Source: Kondoa subrosea
Lineage: Eukaryota
Direction of reading: 5' to 3'
Assembly (NCBI GenBank): GCA_039545335.1
Contig: BCIN01000004.1
Location: 248,001-296,649 of the forward strand
Length of the DNA stretch: 48,649 nucleotides
The notes under the pieces are model-generated. The model saw only the letters and a list, made by a program, of their open reading frames with translations. It did not search any database and was not told the origin of the DNA. The translations under genes and the position numbers were made by a program. Below, piece after piece: positions 36,750-48,649 of this stretch (its first letter is position 1; each line of letters opens with the position of its first letter).

Positions 36750-39656
36750 ATGCGCTGCTTCTCTGTTCTCACCCTTGCGCTCTTCCTGTGTTTCAGCTCA
36801 AAAACTCTAGCTCAAGGTAAGTTACAGCAGTCTGTCTTGTCTATCATTTGCTGACTGTTCTCGACAGACGACTCATGCGATGGAGAGGCACAGAAACTCG
36901 GGCTGGACCCAGATAACGTATGTCAAGGGCCTTTTCAGTAGCAAGATTATTGTTCGCTCATATTTCTATGCTTCTTGATTGCCGTAGTTACCTTCAGATG
37001 TCGTTGCTACATGCAAAAGCTACCTGAATCTCCGACCAGTCACTATCATTTCTACCCAAACTCTCACTCCTTACACACGGACAGTCACAACAGCAGCTTA
37101 TTCAACTAGTACTTCAGTCTTTGCTCCCGAAATCACCAAGATGTACATCAAGATGTTCAATCAAGTCACTTCCAAACAACCACCCACTTCGTTCGTTTTT
37201 TTCCCCCATTCTACCTACGCGCGCTTATTGCTCCTATTGCAGGACGGTCACAGTAAATGAGACAGAAACTGTAACACAAAGTCAGAGTCAAACCCAGCAG
37301 CCACAAAGGGTCAAAAGAGCAGGTCGCTTGCCAGCTTGCTTTGACGGCATGTCTCGGTCGCAAATCGTGGATGCTTGCGCTTGCCTTGACATTCCAGTGT
37401 CAACTATGGTCTACCAACAGACTGCCTATGCTACAGCAACAGTCACACGGACTCTCGATAGAACTATGTCAACTCTGGTTCAATTACCAACCTTGACCAG
37501 AACCGCTACGTGAGTCCGTTCCTTCCATCGTCAGCTTCTTTCCGCTGATATTCCTGATCACAGAACTACTTCAAGTATGCTCCCAAGTCAGCACACTCCT
37601 GTACAATGCTAATCTATGACATTTTTGTTTCAGCGGTGTTGAAGACTTACGTTCTGCCAACACCTATAGCTACGTTTATTAACAAGATCATCAAGTACAT
37701 TCCTGCTCCATACTATTCTTCTGGTCGATATTCTGGGCAATACGGATATAGTACTTCTCGTCCTACTGCAAATAACCAGCCTGGGGCGTCAACTATCGCC
37801 TCCTTCTCCAGCAGCCCATCTTCGAGCGTACCTCCGGCCGGATCCTCAACAGCAAGCTCGGTATACTCTCCACCTATCGTACCTTCTTCCTCTCTTTCTT
37901 CGCAATTTGCATCATCGGTTAGCTCTTCTACATCCGCCGTTCCGTCAAGCGCGATGTCAAGCTCAGCAGCACCCGCTCCTTCTGCTTCAGCTCTCACTGT
38001 AGCGTCATACAAATCCGCTGGATGCTACAATGAACCTGCTGGCGGTAGAGCTCTGCGTAAGCTTCGATTTTTGAGTGTAGATTACGTAAGACTGAACAAT
38101 TGATTTCAGAGTATACATATGCCAACGACAGTATGACTCAAGATCTCTGTATTTCTTACTGTTTGAACAACAATGCAAGCTGGTGTGGTTTAGAGTATGG
38201 TCGCGAGGTAAGTCTTGAATTCTCCTTTTCTACTTGACGGGAAGTTGAATCTCTGAACTTGAAAAGTGCTGGTTCGGAACTACTTTGGCTGCTGGTTCCG
38301 GTCCAGTTCAAGATGGTTGCACTACGGCATGTCCTGGGTAGATAATTTTCTTCTCATCATTAGACCTAGTTGACCAATTTTACAGAAACCCTAAACAACT
38401 CTGCGGTGGTTCCAATCGCTTGACGATGTTCACTACCATCGCAAGCGCTCAGCAGGCCGGTCCTGCTCCTGCGCCAGCACCAACCAACTCTCCGGGAACG
38501 GTTCAAGCTCCAACACGCATCATTACTTATGGCGATTACACTTATCAAAGCTGTCAAGTCGAAATACCTAATGGTCGACTCTTACCCAAGAGTTTAGCGC
38601 AGAACGATAATATGACGGTACCGCTTTGCCTTGATCTTGCCAAGCAGCAAGGATACGCTTGGGTGGGTCTAGGTAAGCGATTCTTCTTCCTGATACGACC
38701 TGAACGGTCTAATCTCGCCGAACAGAATATGGAAGGGAGTGCTGGGCAAGTAATACAAATCCTCAAGGTAACGTGACAGCAGATTCGGACTGTAACAAAG
38801 TGAGCTTCGCCTTCACACAAATCAGATGAGTACCATGCTAAACGCATCCCGAAAAGGTCTGCGCTGGTGATAAGACATCATATTGTGGCAACGGTAATCG
38901 CTTGCAAGTAAGCTTCTTATGTAGTTGCTCATATCGTATCAGACTTATGTGATCTGACCCAGGTTTATAAATCGTCGGCTGCTTCCACTGCCACTACTTC
39001 AAGCGCTGCTTCTCAGCCTTCGGCTGTTTACAACGCTGGCGATTATGTTTATGGTTAGTCTGATTGATACTCATGGATTTTTTCAAACTGATGAGATCTT
39101 GGTTACAACAACAGAGGGTTGTTTCCTCGACTCGGTCCAGAATAGGGCAATGCCCACCAATCCTGCTTCTGGTAACACAATGACCGTAGAACTTTGCGCT
39201 TCCAAGGCAGCGAATTTGGGCAACCGCTATTTCGGTTTGGAATATGTTCGTCGCCCATCTGACATTTTTCGAGCGAGGCTAACCTTTTAAATAGGGGCAA
39301 GAATGCTGGACATCGTTCGTTCTTCTCACTACGAGGAATGATCCTTGCTGACATTTACCGTGTAGAAATGTGGCAGGCAAAGGAACATCTCAACCAGAGC
39401 CTGATTGCAACATGGCTTGTGCTGGTAACAACGCAGAAAAGTGTGGAGCTGGCAATCGGTTGAGTGGTCAGTCGAACACTTCAAACAGGAACTTGACTTC
39501 GGCTAACATTCATTTTTCCTAGTATATACATTGAAAGGAGCACCCAAATTCGGAGCAGCTGCAGCTGGACCTGCAGGTCCCGGCGGTTCCCCTCCTCGTA
39601 TGGCTCGGAGGATGCGATTGGCCGAGACCAGAATGAAGTTTAGCAAGCGGAATTGA
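36750..39656 (+). CDS. Secreted Thr/Ser-rich protein with three WSC carbohydrate-binding domains
   Basis: Signal peptide MRCFSVLTLALFLCFSSKTLAQ. WSC repeats GCYNEPAGGRAL...GLEYGRECW, CQVEIPNGRLL...EYGRECW and GCFLDSVQNRAM...FGLEY...CAGNNAEKCGAGNRL. Confidence 0.88.
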
Positions 39657-40121
39657 AAAAGTGAATATAATACTGAAGCTGGCTCTTTTGACATCGCAAA
39701 GTAATAGTCGTTCTTGTATATAAATGTATCCTCTGGAAGGCGTATAATTTAATGTAATCAACGTTTAGAAGCATACTAGCACTGCAGAGTCACTTTATCT
39801 TTGCCCCAAGTTTTGATCATCTCTTGTCTCATTCCATACTCTATGTGCCTCAGCTTCGACTTCAGGGCACTATAGTGCAAAAATATCTCAGTAGTACTAG
39901 AGAATGCGTCTTCTTCTCTCTAGATGCTGTCTTCTTGTGCTTCTGTTGACTTTGTTTTCTTTTGATTTTTCTGCTCTCTTTTACACTGACTTTCTGCATT
40001 GAGTTCGGCACAGGCAGGAGCCTCTAAATATACCTCAATCGTTGTGTGCTTTCCTTCTCCTCATTCCTCCCTTCGCTCTTCTCAGTAGAACATCATACAA
40101 CAGAAAGGCTCTTCGAACAAT

Positions 40122-41707
40122 ATGGCTTACACGTACAACCCTAGCAGTACAGATGAATACCAGCTACGAGCTAGGATACTGGGCGGATCCCTGGACAGAA
40201 CATCTGATCTGTTGGTGCGTTCTCGTAATACAACAGTCTTTGTGATAGGCTAATTTCGACTGCAGCTCAGCACCATCGCTGGAGTGATCTTCATTCTACT
40301 GATTGGCGGACTTGCATATAGGTGTGTAGAGTTATGCTCCTTGCACAGTAGTGAATTCATGCTTAAGCGATACCGTATGCTAGATGGCTACAGTTCGACA
40401 AAGTTCGCAGACCAACTCTTTTGATCATAACGATGGTTGGATTGTTCTCAACAGCTATCGCTTTCCTTATACGAGCAGGCGCCTCAAATACTTCTGCAGC
40501 AAATCAGAAGGTCTCTACTATTCAAGCTTTCAATATCCTCTTTTTCATTGGTCTAGCATGCTTTGTCGATGCAACGATCAGTAAGTCTGCTCTTCTCATC
40601 CATTGGACGAATTTGACCAGTCATCAGCTTTGACAAGGGATCTCTTTCTGACCGTCGTCGTCTTTCGCAGCCAGTGAGTGTCTCTCTTCCATGCAGAGCA
40701 TGACAAATTTATCCTGTTCGTTGATTAGTCTAATATTCGTTCTCGCTTCTCGCGCTCTCTTGGTAGTAGCTACCGTCTTATCTTCCATCGCTATAGCGGA
40801 TCTGCCCAGTGCTCAAGCTCTCATGACCCCAATGACGAAACAAGATAACCTGCTAAGACTGTTTGGTGCTCTGATACCTTTCTTGATCATGACTTGTCAG
40901 TACTCTTCTTGCATCCTGTTACCATATAAGCTGAACTGTCAGAAACAGGCAATCTGCTCTTCTGTTAGTGGCAGACTCTACTTACAGAAGAGGCTGAGAG
41001 TTATCTGTAGATGTGCTATTTGGCGTTCTGGCATATCGACCACGTCCATAGTCAGTCGAAAAGTCAAATCGAGACGGATCTGTGATGCTGACGTTGTAAC
41101 ATAGTTCAACATTGATCGTCATCGGTCTAAATGTGTGTCAATGGGTACCAACCTGTGCGATATGTCTTTTGTCCTCAGGATATTTAGCTGATTCGTACTA
41201 GTGTACATCTGTAAGAATGCTCTCTCATAGAAATTGGGTTAAGCCTGAAGATTGAGCACCAGTCTTGATTGTCGCTATAACGAGCGATTCTCCTCTCGTA
41301 AGCCTTATCATCTACTATACTGAGTCCAGTAAATTGATGATCGAAGAAATAGGTGACAAGCAAAATCTTCTTCTATGTAGGTGTGTTGTATCGTGCTTCA
41401 GTGAGCAGATAAGATGCTGATGTGTTTCATTCAGCTTTCGGTATCTTCCAGTGAGTCTCGATGGTCACCTGACGGCGACCGTGACTGCTTGCTAATGCCA
41501 CATTGCGCAGAGGACTTGCGGTATGTCCAGAGGATCTTAGTCCACAATTCGGACTCATGTGAAAGTGTAGTGCATCGTTCTCGCTGCATTGGACCTACGA
41601 AACTTCTTCATTCTTCACGGTCAGTATCTTCATGTGAAGGCCTTCCCCCTCTATTGTTCTTACTGCTAGGCGTGATAGGTTATTTCGCCATGCGACAGAG
41701 AGTATAG
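40122..41707 (+). CDS. Multi-pass membrane protein (possibly RTA1-like 7TM) with many microexons
   Basis: Successive hydrophobic exons (STIAGVIFILLIGGLAY, MVGLFSTAIAFLIRA, FNILFFIGLACFV, RALLVVATVLSSIA, LLRLFGALIPFLI, CEGLPPLLFLLLGVIGY). The family assignment is tentative. Confidence 0.6.
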
Positions 41708-41801
41708 CCACAAGTGAAGGATGGATGCAATATGGTACAAAAGCATAACGATTACAACACGACTAACGGACTTGCGAGTACATATAGGTTTCTTGTCATC
41801 A

Positions 41802-42668
41802 TCATCTTGAGCTAGACCAAATTTGAGAAGCTTTTCCTGCTGCTTCTGCCGCTTGAAATACTAGACAGCAATTTAGCTTTGATGCAGAGTGAGATAGTGG
41901 TATGGCTCACACTCTTTCTCCCAATCTTCCATACCCTCGAGGAATGCTTCAGCTTGATAATCGACCGGCGCCTGATTTGCTGATGCTTTACTCAACCCTC
42001 CACCTGCTCCTCCTTCGCGTGACGATTTGATAGGTCTACTGGAAGCATGTTGAGCTTGATCGAATACTTCTGGCAAGCGATCTTTGAAAGCTTTATGTAA
42101 TATAGCTTTCAGTTTATCGTCGCTTATCCTGTGCCGACGCATAAGGACTAGTCAATATCAAAGTGTGGATGAGAACGTGCGTTTGATCTAGCTTGACTCC
42201 AGAGCGAAAATAAGGTCCACCACCTAAAGCTTTTAGATTGACCGATTTCGCATGAGCTTGCAACGCGTTCCTAACGCGTGAGAGAAAAGGTTTCGGTAAA
42301 GCGAGTTCAATGACTTCACTATTCTCACGCGTCTCAGACAAGAAGTAGAAGAACAAGGGGAAACAGAAGACGAAACTGATTTGGTAGAACAGCAAGATTC
42401 AAGCCTAGCCAGTAGGGAAGCTCTATAGTTGTATGTTTCCGTAGCTGTTAATGACTCTCGTGAGCGGAATTTGCATAGCTGCAGACGGGACTTGCGTCTC
42501 GTTCGACTGTTGATCCTTCCAAATAGCCTAGATTTGGAACATCGTGAAGAAAGGTGCAGGGCAGTTTCTGTGCTGTCTACTATTAGCACTACCATTGACA
42601 CAGATATAGAGCAGCCCAACCTGATTCTCTGCGAGGAAGGCTTCGACAGAGAAATATTCGCTTGTCAT
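41802..42668 (-). CDS. PSF3: GINS complex subunit Psf3, multi-exon
   Basis: MTSEYFSVEAFLAENQ|KLPCTFLHDVPNLGYLEG...IELPYWL...RVRNALQAHAKSVNL...FLEGMEDWEKE. Confidence 0.9.
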
Positions 42669-43328
42669 TGTTTTGAACAACGAGCCCAAGGAGCTTCAGC
42701 TTGCTTCTGGCGACCCGCACTAGCTCCCGCACTACATGCAGCTAGCCATTGTGCTCATGGCAAATACCTCATGACTCCAATGGCGAGGGACTCAGTCTGC
42801 AGCGATCTGTTCAGCTTATATCCCCGTGAAGTGCTGCATTCTTCCTGGATTCCTTTTTGGAGTCAAAGAAATCCTTCTGTGCTCTTTTACTAGCATAGAA
42901 ACTCTGTGTCCTGCATCATATTTTCGAACTTTACCATCGTACCTTCATGGTTGAACGGACTTTCCTTCGCACCGTGCTCTCGCTTAAGACACTGTCACAT
43001 GTATCTTCTCTTGCGGAGTATCATACTACCGACATCCGAGAGTGGCCAGCAAATTTACAGCTCAAAGCGCTGTCTCAAGTAGCCTATATGGGTTCGTGCG
43101 GAATTCGGAATGGCCGAATCAGCGCGCACAATCCTCTGATTATCGTGATATGACCGGCAAGGCGCTACCTGTGAAGCCCCGTGTTTTCCGTTAATTGCGC
43201 ACCGACTTCGTAGGTTGAAGCGCAAACTTACTGAAGTAGTATGAAGCTCTAATTGCTCTTCCTATAACACTGAAAGTAGTGTAAAGCTCTTTCTGCTTCA
43301 TCTTCTTCCTTACATCAATTTTTCCGAC

Positions 43329-45242
43329 ATGGCGGAACAAATTGCAGCTCTCGCAACTACGCTTCAAGCACTTTTGCACCCACAGCAGCCTCTACATTTT
43401 CGCAATGAAATTCTAGCCCTTGGCGTGAGTTGTCACTCCGTATATGCCTTGGCGATACCTGATGTATCAGGACAGGCCGTAAATGTGGCCACTATCGTCC
43501 TCTATGCCTTAACTGCTATCCATGAAATCTGGTCCAAATGGGGCACAAATGAACTCTGGCTCTTCCGTGTAACGAGCGATGTATGCAATTCAATTTCTGA
43601 TAAACTGGAATCAGCTAATCTTCCGGCTGCAGAGAGATTCACGCTATCTGACGCCTAATGCCCTTTTTCTTTGGTGTAAGCCCACTGGCCGAGATTGGGG
43701 AGAATCAAGCGCTGATATCGGTACACCAGTACCTCTTGCTTCAGTCTACTGTATCATCACCGCTACTCAAGCCTTTTGGAGAGCACAAAACGACTTCTAC
43801 CTCGATTCGAATCAGCACCATATGCTGCTACTTACTCTCCTTCCTGCGATTCCTCTTGGACTTGCGGGCTGGTGGACTTTCACTTCGTACTTCACTTCCT
43901 TCCTCGTTGCATGCTTGCTTTGACACTTCGCGTGCATAGGGTTTTGATTTCCTCTCTGCAAATTCTTGGAAGTTCACGCAGCTCAAGCTTGCAATGGAAA
44001 ATGCCTCCATGTTGGCTCTATCACTCAATTGTCTTTCTCGTACCGACAATTCTATTCCTTCCAGCTTTTGTAATTGTCATCCTCTCGTGAGCCAGATCTG
44101 CAGCCCACTGTCCACGTTTCTAATGGATCTTATTACAGCAATGCTAAGTACAATCAGGCTCTCAATGACGCTCAATCTCTTCTTGACGCCATCATGGCCG
44201 GTGCTGTAGAGACTGAAGCTTTCGCAATAACTCTTGCCGAATTCAAGGCTAGCACAGCTGTCGGTAAGTCCAGTTGTTTTGGCCATGTAAATTGTGACTA
44301 ATTTTGAGTTGGCAGCCACTAATCTCGTCAAAGCTTGCGTTGGTTCGTACAGAGTTGACTTCTTGCAAAGTATATTCATACTGATTGCTACTTCAGTCAT
44401 GGCTTCTTCAGAAATCACGTGCCAAGTTGCCTTGTTCTTGCCAGCTTCTCTTATCATCGGCTGGAGTGTCCGGAAATCAAGAGCATTAAGATCTCGATCG
44501 CACTCAGCCGCCGGCACCGATAATCTGGCGAGACTTCGTGTGTTCGCCTGGCAATCGCGGTTATCAGTAGCGCTGATTTTGTTTCCGATCCAGAACAAAT
44601 GTTACTGCTCTTCTGCGCCTACTCTACTGCTTGGGTTGTGGCTATCGCTATCTTCTACTATGTACTTCTTCAACAGACCATTGCAAAAGCTACTACGCCT
44701 AATTGTATGTCACTTCATTGGGTGCATTGCTTCCCTTTGTCTAATATTACACCTTTCGCTCGTTAGACAGGAGAGACACTTTAGTATCCATGTAGTAAGC
44801 TCTTCGCTTGAGATATTCTTGGATGTCTAAACTTCTCACTTACAGCATTCATACGTTCGGTTGTTCTGCATCCGCCATCTTCCTCTTGGCTAGATCGTTT
44901 TTATCCAAAAGTAGCTACAGTAGGCTTCTGTGCTTGAAAACCGACTGCCCAAACTGACTGGTAACCCAGATCATACCGACTCTCGCAGCGGTGTCAAATC
45001 CACCCATCACAAGAACACTTTCGCCGGTCGATCGAGACAAGATGGACAACCTTTGCGATTAGAAGTCTTCACAAAGTAAGCAAACTTACTTTGTTACACG
45101 AGAGGTCATGGCTGATCATCTCATCAGAACGGATGTCGTTACCGAGAGCGATTCAAACAAGGGCGAGATTGATGAGAAGTTTGGGGAGAACGATTTGGAA
45201 ATCCAGGTTGAGCGTGAAGTTCCTTTCCAGCAAAGGTCATGA
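43329..45242 (+). CDS. Multi-pass membrane protein of unknown function, multi-exon
   Basis: Several TM exons (AVNVATIVLYALTAI, LWLFR...RYLTPNALFL, LYHSIVFLVPTILFLPAFVIVIL) and a hydrophilic C-tail ending LEIQVEREVPFQQRS*. Confidence 0.65.
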
Positions 45243-45421
45243 ACAATGCAGGCGTTGGATGGGTTAGTGTTGAGGGTGTATACGGGCACAAACTCGGTAT
45301 AGCAGGGCACAAAGTGAAACACGCTCGTTCCGTCCTGTCATTCAATAGCCAGTGAACTAGGCTGCATTACTCGAAAGAGAATAACTCGAAGACTATATAC
45401 GACTGGAGCCGTGATATCAAA

Positions 45422-48096
45422 CTACTTCCTGTACTTGTCGCAAACGTTCTTGTTGAAGTATTGAGAAGGGTCTTTAGTGAGCAACCCTTGTTCAACCGAT
45501 TGAACGTAATCCTGCGGAGCTGTCATTGACTGTTGGATGACAGGGGAGAGCAGGAGAACTTACTCTGTAGACCCCTCCAATCTCTGTAAGATTTGANNTG
45601 CCGAACTTNGAGCCTCTCTCGAGCTTGAAATTCCAGAAGAACCAACCACCACCTGCCTCGAATATTTGCTTTTGAGCGTCGCCAAAGTCACGTATGAAAG
45701 AGGCGTTAGCAGGGACCATAACGTCCTCCGGAGCCAGCCACCATTCGCCTCTGTTACACTCTCTCATGTAAAGCAAGAAGATAAACCGGAGGTATCAACT
45801 CACGAAATGACTACAATANACAAGTCAGCTTGGGTCTCACGCGAAGGATCTGGGCTTACGAGGAGTGTTTCCGCGTGACGCTTCCTCCTTAACACGGGGC
45901 CAGTCTCACGAAGCACAAAAGTCAGATTAAATGATCACGTTGGATATTTGTAGGACTGACTGCAGATAGTTTGCATGTAGCTCTCTTCGGTTGGTTCAGG
46001 AGCGACGTATCCGACTACAAGACCCTTTGAGAGGAATTGTATAGGCGAATACTATACGTACACGAAAAGTAAGGATCTGTACTACTAATCAGTCATGTAT
46101 CAAGAGTAGGAAAATGACGACGCACGGTCATCGTACTGCGCAGGACCGTTGACAAACTTCTCTGGGTTGTTAATGAAATCAGGTGCTTGCCAGCCAGACG
46201 ATTGGTAGGCTGTGACGAGACATCCCGGGAAACCCTTTTGCTTGATCGGGAACTGTTTGGATTGGGTGCGAGGTGAGACGAGACCGAAGCGCTTGAAAGT
46301 TTGCAAAGTCAATTCTTCCGTTGCGGAATCGATGCCTGGAACTGGAATTGGTCTGCTGGCGCCTTTACCAGGACAGTCCATGCCGACCTGTGACCTATGT
46401 GAGAAAAGCTCTGACGAGTATGCGAGCTGAAAGACCTACGTAATCCTCAGCTCCTCGAACCACATCAGCAAAACGCTTGTAGTCTATCAGGATGATCAGT
46501 CGGTATACTGAGAGCAGGTAAGTTGAGACGGAACTCACAGTCTCCTAGACCCGGTGTTCGCGTGGTGTTTTGCAAAGGCTCGTTTATTGGTTGAATCTGC
46601 TACAGCCATCAGGACACAAAAATGAAGCATTGCATCATAACGTACAGCATAGGTCACTAAAAGCGTCAATCAGACATGTGTCATCGAAATCTAGCAAGAC
46701 CTTACTAGAGAAATCTGGATCGACATGAATCAGAGCAGTCATCGCACCAGCCAATCGGAGAGCTCGTTCGTAATTCTTGGGTTGGTAGAATTGAACATCG
46801 CTAGTGCAGCGGCCTTAAATGCACAATGCAAGCTCTTGCACACTCAGCTCCAGATCACAAGACTCACCTGCGAACAGTTGGTTTTCGGAACTAACGCCGG
46901 GAAGCTAAGAAGAGATCAGCGAGGAAGAGAGTAGCGGCGGTGAAATGTCTTACAGCGCTGTAATACGAAGGAACATGGATGAGTCAATGCTGAGATCAAA
47001 CGATACCTGGACTGACTGCAAATCGATCATGGCCCACTGCAAGAGTTGCGAGTCAGAAGAGCCATAGCTCCGGAAAGACAACNTACAATTCCCTGTTTCT
47101 TGAGCATAGCAACGACTTTCTTCAAATCTTCGAGAGTACCATTTGGGTAGTGCTCATCAGGCTCTGTTAAAGCACAGTTAAGGCCTTGATCCGCGAATAC
47201 TTAGAACCATATATACCCTTAAGCGATTCGAATATCCAGAAACCGATAGGGATTCTGNNNNNNNNNNNNNNNNNNNNNNNNNNNNNNNNNNNNNNNNNNN
47301 NNNNNNNNNNNNNNNNNNNNNNNNNNNNNNNNNNNNNNNNNNNNNNNNNNNNNNNNNTCTGTTAAAGCACAGTTAAGGCCTTGATCCGCGAATACTTAGA
47401 ACCATATATACCCTTAAGCGATTCGAATATCCAGAAACCGATAGGGATTCTGAAGACAGCATACCATCAGCCTTATCCCTTTTTGGCAGGAATCCATCTC
47501 ACCTGACAGCGTTGATTTTCAATTCCTTGAGCTTTGCTGCATCGGCGGCTGTGAACCAGGAAGCTCGATGCTGGACAGGTCACATCAATGGAGCTCCTCG
47601 CAGGAATGCAAGTTCAAGAGCACACCTTCTTGAAAACTGCATCGGCCTTGGCTTGACCCAATTTTTGAGTTAATTGGTACTCGTCCATGACGCAGTCCAT
47701 GCAGCTACCACAGATTTCGCCTCCCATCTGTGGTGATAACGATCTCAGCTCATGCTGATCTCATCTCTGCGGCTATTCTCACAGCTTTCCATTCGCTAAC
47801 ACGCATCAAAAGTGTAAGTAGGAGCGAAGAAGCACAAATTTGTCAGAGGAACTCGCCTAGGGAACATCCAAGCTATGTCAGTCAAGAAGATCAGACACGA
47901 GCAAAACCGGAATGAACCAAGACATACGTTCAGCTACGAATAAGGACCCTAGATTGACACCATAGGTTTTGCCCGGAGCCGGACCTAGAGCTGTAGTTGC
48001 CCGTTTGGAGACGGCATGCTGGATTTTTGAGAAGGTAGAGCCGTGGTCTGCGAGTGCGAAAGGCAGAGAAAGAAGAAGCAGAGTTGACAAGCGCAT
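45422..48096 (-). CDS. Secreted glycoside hydrolase family 5 (exo-beta-1,3-glucanase-like), multi-exon, spanning an assembly gap
   Basis: Signal peptide, YGVNLGSLFVAE, RIPIGFW, IDL(H), INEP (acid/base), GEWWL (nucleophile) and QKQIFEAGGGWFFWNFKLE. Confidence 0.88.
47163..47452. other. Scaffold gap (100 N, 47258-47357) flanked by an identical 95-bp overlap
   Basis: 47163-47257 is identical to 47358-47452, as expected for unmerged overlapping contig ends. Confidence 0.9.
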
Positions 48097-48439
48097 TTTA
48101 CGCGGTCTATGTTAAAATGAGTGTTGAAGTGAAATGAGCGGAAGTTAACGAGCAAGAGAAAGAGGATGAAAAGATAGAGCAAAGAGGGCTAGTCCAGAGG
48201 CGCAGCTGTACAGAACGTAGAACTGTCGTGGATATTGCCTAGACTTCTATTTTACTTCAGACGAAACGAGAAATGCCACGGCGTGGTTTCAGCTAGCTCT
48301 CGCACAGACACCAAAGGCTAAACATGAAGGCAGTCTCCAGCACAACACCATGTACGATGATCAGAAGAAACAGGAGACTGGGTCGTAGAGCGACTCGAAG
48401 TTTCATTGCAAACGAGCGTTTGATAAACGTCGGTATTGC

Positions 48440-48649
48440 GGGTATATATGGGCACAAACTCGGTATAGCAGGGCACAAAGTGAAACACGCTCGTTCCGTC
48501 CTGTCATTCAATAGCCAGTGAACTAGGCTGCATTACTCGAAAGAAAATAACTCGAGACTATATACGACTGGAGCCGTGATATCAAACTACTTCCTGTACT
48601 TGTCGCAAACGTTCTTGTTGAAGTATTGAGAAGGGTCTTTAGTGAGCAA
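48440..48649. repeat. Near-identical direct repeat of 45274-45484 (GH5 3' end plus 3' flank)
   Basis: About 210 bp match with only a few substitutions and one indel. The match continues to the window edge. Confidence 0.95.
48587..48649 (-). CDS. 3' end of a second, tandem GH5 copy (partial)
   Basis: Encodes LLTKDPSQYFNKNVCDKYRK*, identical to the end of the first GH5. Confidence 0.8.
   Translation of the reverse strand: MLTKDPSQYFNKNVCDKYRK

Noticed and set aside
47163..47452. 95-bp direct repeats flanking Ns, resembling an LTR or insertion in GH5
   Set aside because: Exact duplication around a standard 100-N gap indicates a contig-overlap artefact.

Overview
Intron-rich, gene-dense fungal nuclear DNA. 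It is a basidiomycete, and Pucciniomycotina is my inference from the ~50-60 nt GT-AG introns with CTRAY-like branch points, many microexons and a Clp1-like gene. About 22 protein-coding loci are present. Housekeeping genes: mitochondrial uL10, ADP-ribose Nudix hydrolase YSA1, MAK5, mitochondrial RNA polymerase RPO41, CSM3, EMC5, GTR1, TFB2, TFB4, NOP58, PSF3 and a C2/Munc13-homology protein. Secreted or accessory genes: a Cys-rich repeat protein, a CE4 deacetylase, a WSC protein, two multi-pass membrane proteins, a BTB protein, and a GH5 glucanase with a near-identical tandem copy. I found no rRNA, tRNA, CRISPR array or transposon. The most unusual observations are two abutting introns with a zero-length exon in YSA1, spliced micro-ORFs invisible to the ORF track (one with an intron that is almost entirely a hairpin, one with an FCS-like Zn motif), exon-plus-intron duplications building the Cys-rich secreted protein, a clampless1-like gene, and a recent GH5 tandem duplication beside an assembly gap. 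Gene models were spliced by eye, so some boundaries are approximate. No database search was run.
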